64,000 bases of DNA from Strigamia acuminata. Lineage: Eukaryota. Below, one piece after another: positions 59,355-64,000 of this stretch; the first letter of the stretch is position 1, and every line of letters begins with the position of its first letter. Both the position numbers and the translations under genes were made by a program. The notes under the pieces are model-generated. The model made no database searches and had not been told where the DNA came from. It was given only the letters and a program-made list of their open reading frames with translations. The stretch lies in the NCBI GenBank assembly GCA_949358305.1, contig OX442314.1, positions 11,284,001-11,348,000 of the forward strand, given 5' to 3'.

Positions 59355-61846
59355 AAGAAGAGAAACATTTCGGCTTTGTTCATCATCACAATTGCTAACT
59401 AACTAAATTTTTTATTATGATTTTTTTTGTCCAATTTAATTGCAAGAATCGGAGGTTTTGCGAATCGATTCGTAAACGGCACGCATGGAGTTCGTTCTCC
59501 ATATTTGACTTACCTTTCATTTAAAAAAAATTAATATTCTTGAAATTTCACTCGGGGGTTAAACAACGTGACTCCGCGGTCATTTTGGGGGCTAATTTGA
59601 TGCCTAGTGTTAAAAAGTATAAATAATTTAAGTGTAAAATGTTAGATTTTGGGAAAATAAGCACAAAAAAAGAAAAAAATACATTGTAAAATGTCTTAAT
59701 CTATGTCTTGTCTGGTTAATTTCTTCTCCCCGATCCCGTTAATTTGTTTAAAAATCCACGTGTTTTGCTGGACATGTTTAAAATTTGAATGTTGTCTATT
59801 TAACGGCTTGATGCGAGTTTAACTTTATTGTAGTAAATGATTATTAAAAAAAAAATACAATATTTCTATAAACGAAAAGAAGAAAATGTAAAATTTGAGT
59901 ATATCAGTTTTTTTTTGTATTCATGTAGTTCTGTGTTATCATCCGGAGCGATTTTAAAAATGGAAATTATTGTGGAAATACGAAGTGGAACGTTCTTAAA
60001 AAGCACTGCCACGCGCTGCCTGCCCTTTGGTTTGAGGAAGGCGGTTAATTTGTCCCCTGCCAGGCCCTTTTATGGTGTTAATAAGTCACTGCTTGTGATT
60101 TTTGTTTTTTGTTATTTTTGCTTTATATTTGGTTCACAAATCGCAGTGTGTATAGGAAAAAATTGATTTCTCGTTTAATCGAACCTGGCACTTACATTAA
60201 GACATTTCTATTGTGCAAAATAACAACCAGGACACATTTTTTTGTTATCTTTTTAATTTTTAACACTTAATAATATAAATATGTTAACATTCCCTAAACA
60301 GACAAAAATTCTAAATGTTAAAAAAAAAAAAAGTCAATTTTTTTGTTTAAATAAATAAAATACTGGCGAATCCTGGCAGTCTATGCAAGGAAAGTTGAAA
60401 TTTTCCTCGCATCACTGACCGAATATCGAGACGGATCTGTTTAAAATGTATCTGTAGCCTTTTTGCCTTAAATTAGTCGATTTAAATGTAAACGTGCCGG
60501 CATTATATTTAAATTCTGTCAGTGATCTCGAGGAATTTCTATCACATTTTAATGTCCTATTCAGTCAAATTCAATCTAGAATTCTGTGGGCTCGGAGTTA
60601 TTAAGTAATTCAATGGGAAAAGTAGTTGAAATATAATATAAAAATACAAATTATTTGTGCACATATTTAATACTAAACGAAAAGCTGTTGATTAATTGCA
60701 TCTTTTTTTGATTATGTTACTTAGTGATGTAATTCGGATCATTTTGTTTTTAATTATTGTGTTTGTGTCCCTTTAGAGAAGAAGAAAAAAAAATGTCTTA
60801 ACCACAATATTAAGAATAAATCGATCGTTTGCAATTAAAGGAATATAAAAATTATTAAATACAAACCGAAAAAAAAATTGTTTTTCATGTATTTTAAGAG
60901 ATTTGTTATTAATTATTATTATAGTTTTTAAAAACGTTGGATTGCATGCATTTCAAGATTTTCTAGATTTTAGCGTTTTCAAATCCACTTTTTGTGGGCT
61001 TCGTTTCTCTTCCAAGTTTTTATTCAGTGGATGAATGAGATAAAATAGATATAAAACAGTTTTAACTCCAACAAATAATCACATTTTACGCGCCATTTTA
61101 TATGTTATAAACAGCTTTTACACTTGTACGCTTTTTTTTATTCGTTGAGATTTTTTAGTACCAAAAATCCACCACAGGTTTTTTTTCTTCTTTCTTTTTT
61201 GTTTAATTATTCGCCTGGGCAACTTAAAACGTAGTGAAAATGATTCTTGCATGTGTTCCAAGTTTTGTAGACTTGTTAAATTGTATAAGGTGCTTATTGA
61301 AGCCTGAATAAAATAAAATAAAATAAAAAGAATAATAAAAAAAAAAGAAACAAAGATAAACTGGAAATGGCTCTCAATTTTTCAACCTTTCAGATTAAGA
61401 TGTCTCTTCGAGGCGTGATGATGTGAAAAGTGAGAAGCTTATGCTTTATTGCAATAAATAAATTACATACAGAAATGGACATTTTTTCTTTCTTTTTTTT
61501 TTCTTTGCAAATTTGTAAGGCATTTTTATTTAAATGTTTTATACTGGCACTAAATTAAATTTTTACAATTCTCAAATGTGCTTATAATCTTTAATTTAGT
61601 GATAGTATGAAATTTGTGTGAGATATAACCATTATAAACTAATTTATTAGTTATTATTTTTTCTAGATCTTCGCTCTTTCGCTCCCCCGACACATATTAT
61701 GGCCAAAACAAAACATTTGTTCGAGTAACGAGAAAATTAATAAAAGTTTTAACGCGATTTAGAATAAAAAGAATGGGATATTTTAAATTATAGAAATAAC
61801 AAAAAGGAACTATACTAAAATAAAAATTGTAAAGGGAAATAAATAT

Positions 61847-63980
61847 TCAAGAATTTCTGCTGGTTAGTTGAGGCGGCTGCGACTTGGGAGCCATGATGGG
61901 AACTGCGTTTGGTCGGATGAGTGGCGGCGGCTGCTGTTGCGGCGTTGTGCGAGTTATGGGTATTCTAAAAATAACAATTTGGGCGGTTAAAGTGGTCGTG
62001 TTTGTTTGTAGTTATGTAAATTAGTTCACCTCGCAGTCTGTTGTAAAGGTGGTGGTTTACTGTTGATATTGGAGGTTTGGACCGGTTTGAGCAGAGGTGG
62101 CGGCGGAGCGGATGCACTCGATGATACCAGCACGGGTGGAGTTGGTGTGGTGCTGTTGGATTTACTCGAATTGCTGTCCACTTCCATCTGCGATTAAAAA
62201 TTCGGTCAGTAAGAGTAGAAAATGGCCGTTTTTACCACTAATGTGGAGATTTTATTGAGTAACTAAATTTCTGAAAACAATTCATTTGTAAGTCGAAAGT
62301 TTTCATGAAATAAATGTGAAATTTCATGAAAATGTTTGGAATGTCTTGAAAAAATGTGAAATTTCAAGAAAATTCGTGAAATTTCTTGAAAAAATTAGAA
62401 AATTCATTAAAATTTCGTGAAAAAATATGAAATTTCAAGAAAATTTTATGAAAAAATATGAAATTTTAAAAAAATTTTATGAAAAAATATGAAATTTCAA
62501 AAGAATTTTATGAAAAAATATGAAATTTCAGGAAAATTTCATGAAAAAAATGAAATTTCAGGAAAATTTCATGAAAAAAATGAAATTTTAAGAAAATTTC
62601 ATGAAAAAATAGAAAAATTTATAAAAGTTTCATGAAAAAATTTGAAACTTCATTGAAATTTCAAGAAAAAAATTGAAACTTCATTGCAATCTCAAGAAAA
62701 AAATTGAAACTTCACTGAAATCTCAAGAAAAAAAATGAAATTTCACTAAAAAATTTCAAATTTTTGCATAAAAATTCATTATAATCTAGTTTAAAACGAA
62801 ATTTTCCAAATACTTTTTCCTCTTTATCTTCTTCTGGAATCGGTCCATTTTCCGCTTCATACTCTTCCAAAACAGCATCCAAATTGTAACGTCGACGATA
62901 ATTGACGAAAAAACTTCGGATATGTCCCTCCGTTTTATTCCCAATCACTTCAGCAATCGCCTTAAAATCCTTTCCATACTTCCTCACCCCTTGAACACCC
63001 AAAAGCAGTTCTTCATTCGTCCATCGCGCAACTATACGCGTATTACCCTAAAACAAAAACAAAAAAAATTAAAACTCAAACAAAAACCCAACTTCCGACC
63101 TAATCCTCTCACTTCCGGTGGTCGAAAATCCTCAATTCCACCCGACGTTTTATGTTTCAATGCACTTATTATTTGTTTGCTGTTTTGAACCTAATTAAAC
63201 AAAAATGTCAACATTTCTTGCTACTTTTTAATCAATTCATCGCATTACTTGACGTTTTAATGAGACAATTTCAGAATCCATGGCCTTTAAGATTGCATCC
63301 CCTTGTCCAGGAGGCCCCGTGGCAACCGTCAGTAAATCGTCATAACTTAGATACATGCCACGAGGGGGTTTGCGTTTGCTTTTTATTGGGTTATATCGAT
63401 GGTCGTGTTTCGATTCGATGTTTTTTGTCTGCCCTGATGCCGGCCTCGCCATCCCGGTGCGCCTGTACAAAAATGAAGTAAAAGATCAAAATAATGAAAC
63501 GAGCATTCTTGTAATACGAAGAAACCAAATCCCAATTAAATTTACCCTAACCTCCAATACTGATAGCAAATATTACATAGATTTCCTTTGGGAGTTGAAT
63601 GAGTGTGTGAAACACTCAAGTTGCAATTGGAGCAGTTTGATTTAGTTCCTCCACTATTGTTTTCACTTTTCTGGAATTTAAATTTGTTATCAAAAAATTT
63701 AATATTATTTTTGTAAAATATTTTTTTTTTTTTTACATTTTCTCCTTTGCTGTCCTCGAAATCACTTTCACTATTCGAACCAACTTCAGATCCAACTTCA
63801 CTAAAATTTCAATTTTTTTTAAAAAATATTTAATTTAATTTTGATTTTATTTACTTACCTCCCTTCCTCTCTTTGAGTGGCCAGTTTTCTCGCTTGACGG
63901 TCCATTAGACTTGTTCGTGAGCGAGTTTTTTTCCATGAGTAGTAATATTTAACTAAGCTAGCGATTGTTTTATCAGGTAA
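61847..63980 (-). CDS. CoRest: REST corepressor (CoREST/RCOR), 3' exons; the gene continues beyond the window
   Basis: [32 protein letters not shown] (SANT1 end); [10 protein letters not shown] linker; [49 protein letters not shown] (SANT2); proline-rich tail. Confidence 0.93.
62300..62760. repeat. Degenerate AT-rich tandem repeat in a CoREST intron
   Basis: Recurrent TGAAATTTCA / ATGAAAAAA units. Confidence 0.7.
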
Positions 63981-64000
63981 CTGGAAATAAATAAATTTTA

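Overview
AT-rich eukaryotic (arthropod-like) genomic DNA with short GT-AG introns. Left part (1-13.5 kb): nested retroelements on the minus strand. A Ty3/Gypsy element (intact pol, -1 frameshift signal, PBS, ~2.1 kb LTR) sits in the 3' terminal region of a decayed DIRS tyrosine-recombinase retrotransposon. The DIRS pol is split by an 8-bp-TSD MITE, and the DIRS itself is inserted in a duplicated fragment of CXXC1. Middle (13.9-31.3 kb): a head-to-tail array of six intact ~485-aa paralogs plus one truncated copy of an uncharacterised family. Each has a single coding exon, a 5'-UTR intron, a conserved N-terminal BC-box/cullin-box-like module, a hypervariable mosaic centre and an acidic tail; degenerate CXXC1 3' ends are interleaved. 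This array is the best candidate for an undescribed system (inferred diversifying Elongin-BC/cullin E3 substrate receptors, possibly related to endosymbiont-type proteins). Right part: conserved genes CXXC1 (-), Vps39 (+), beta-spectrin (+, with candidate alternative C-terminal exons) and the 3' part of CoREST (-). Family assignments rest on motif recognition only; no searches were run.
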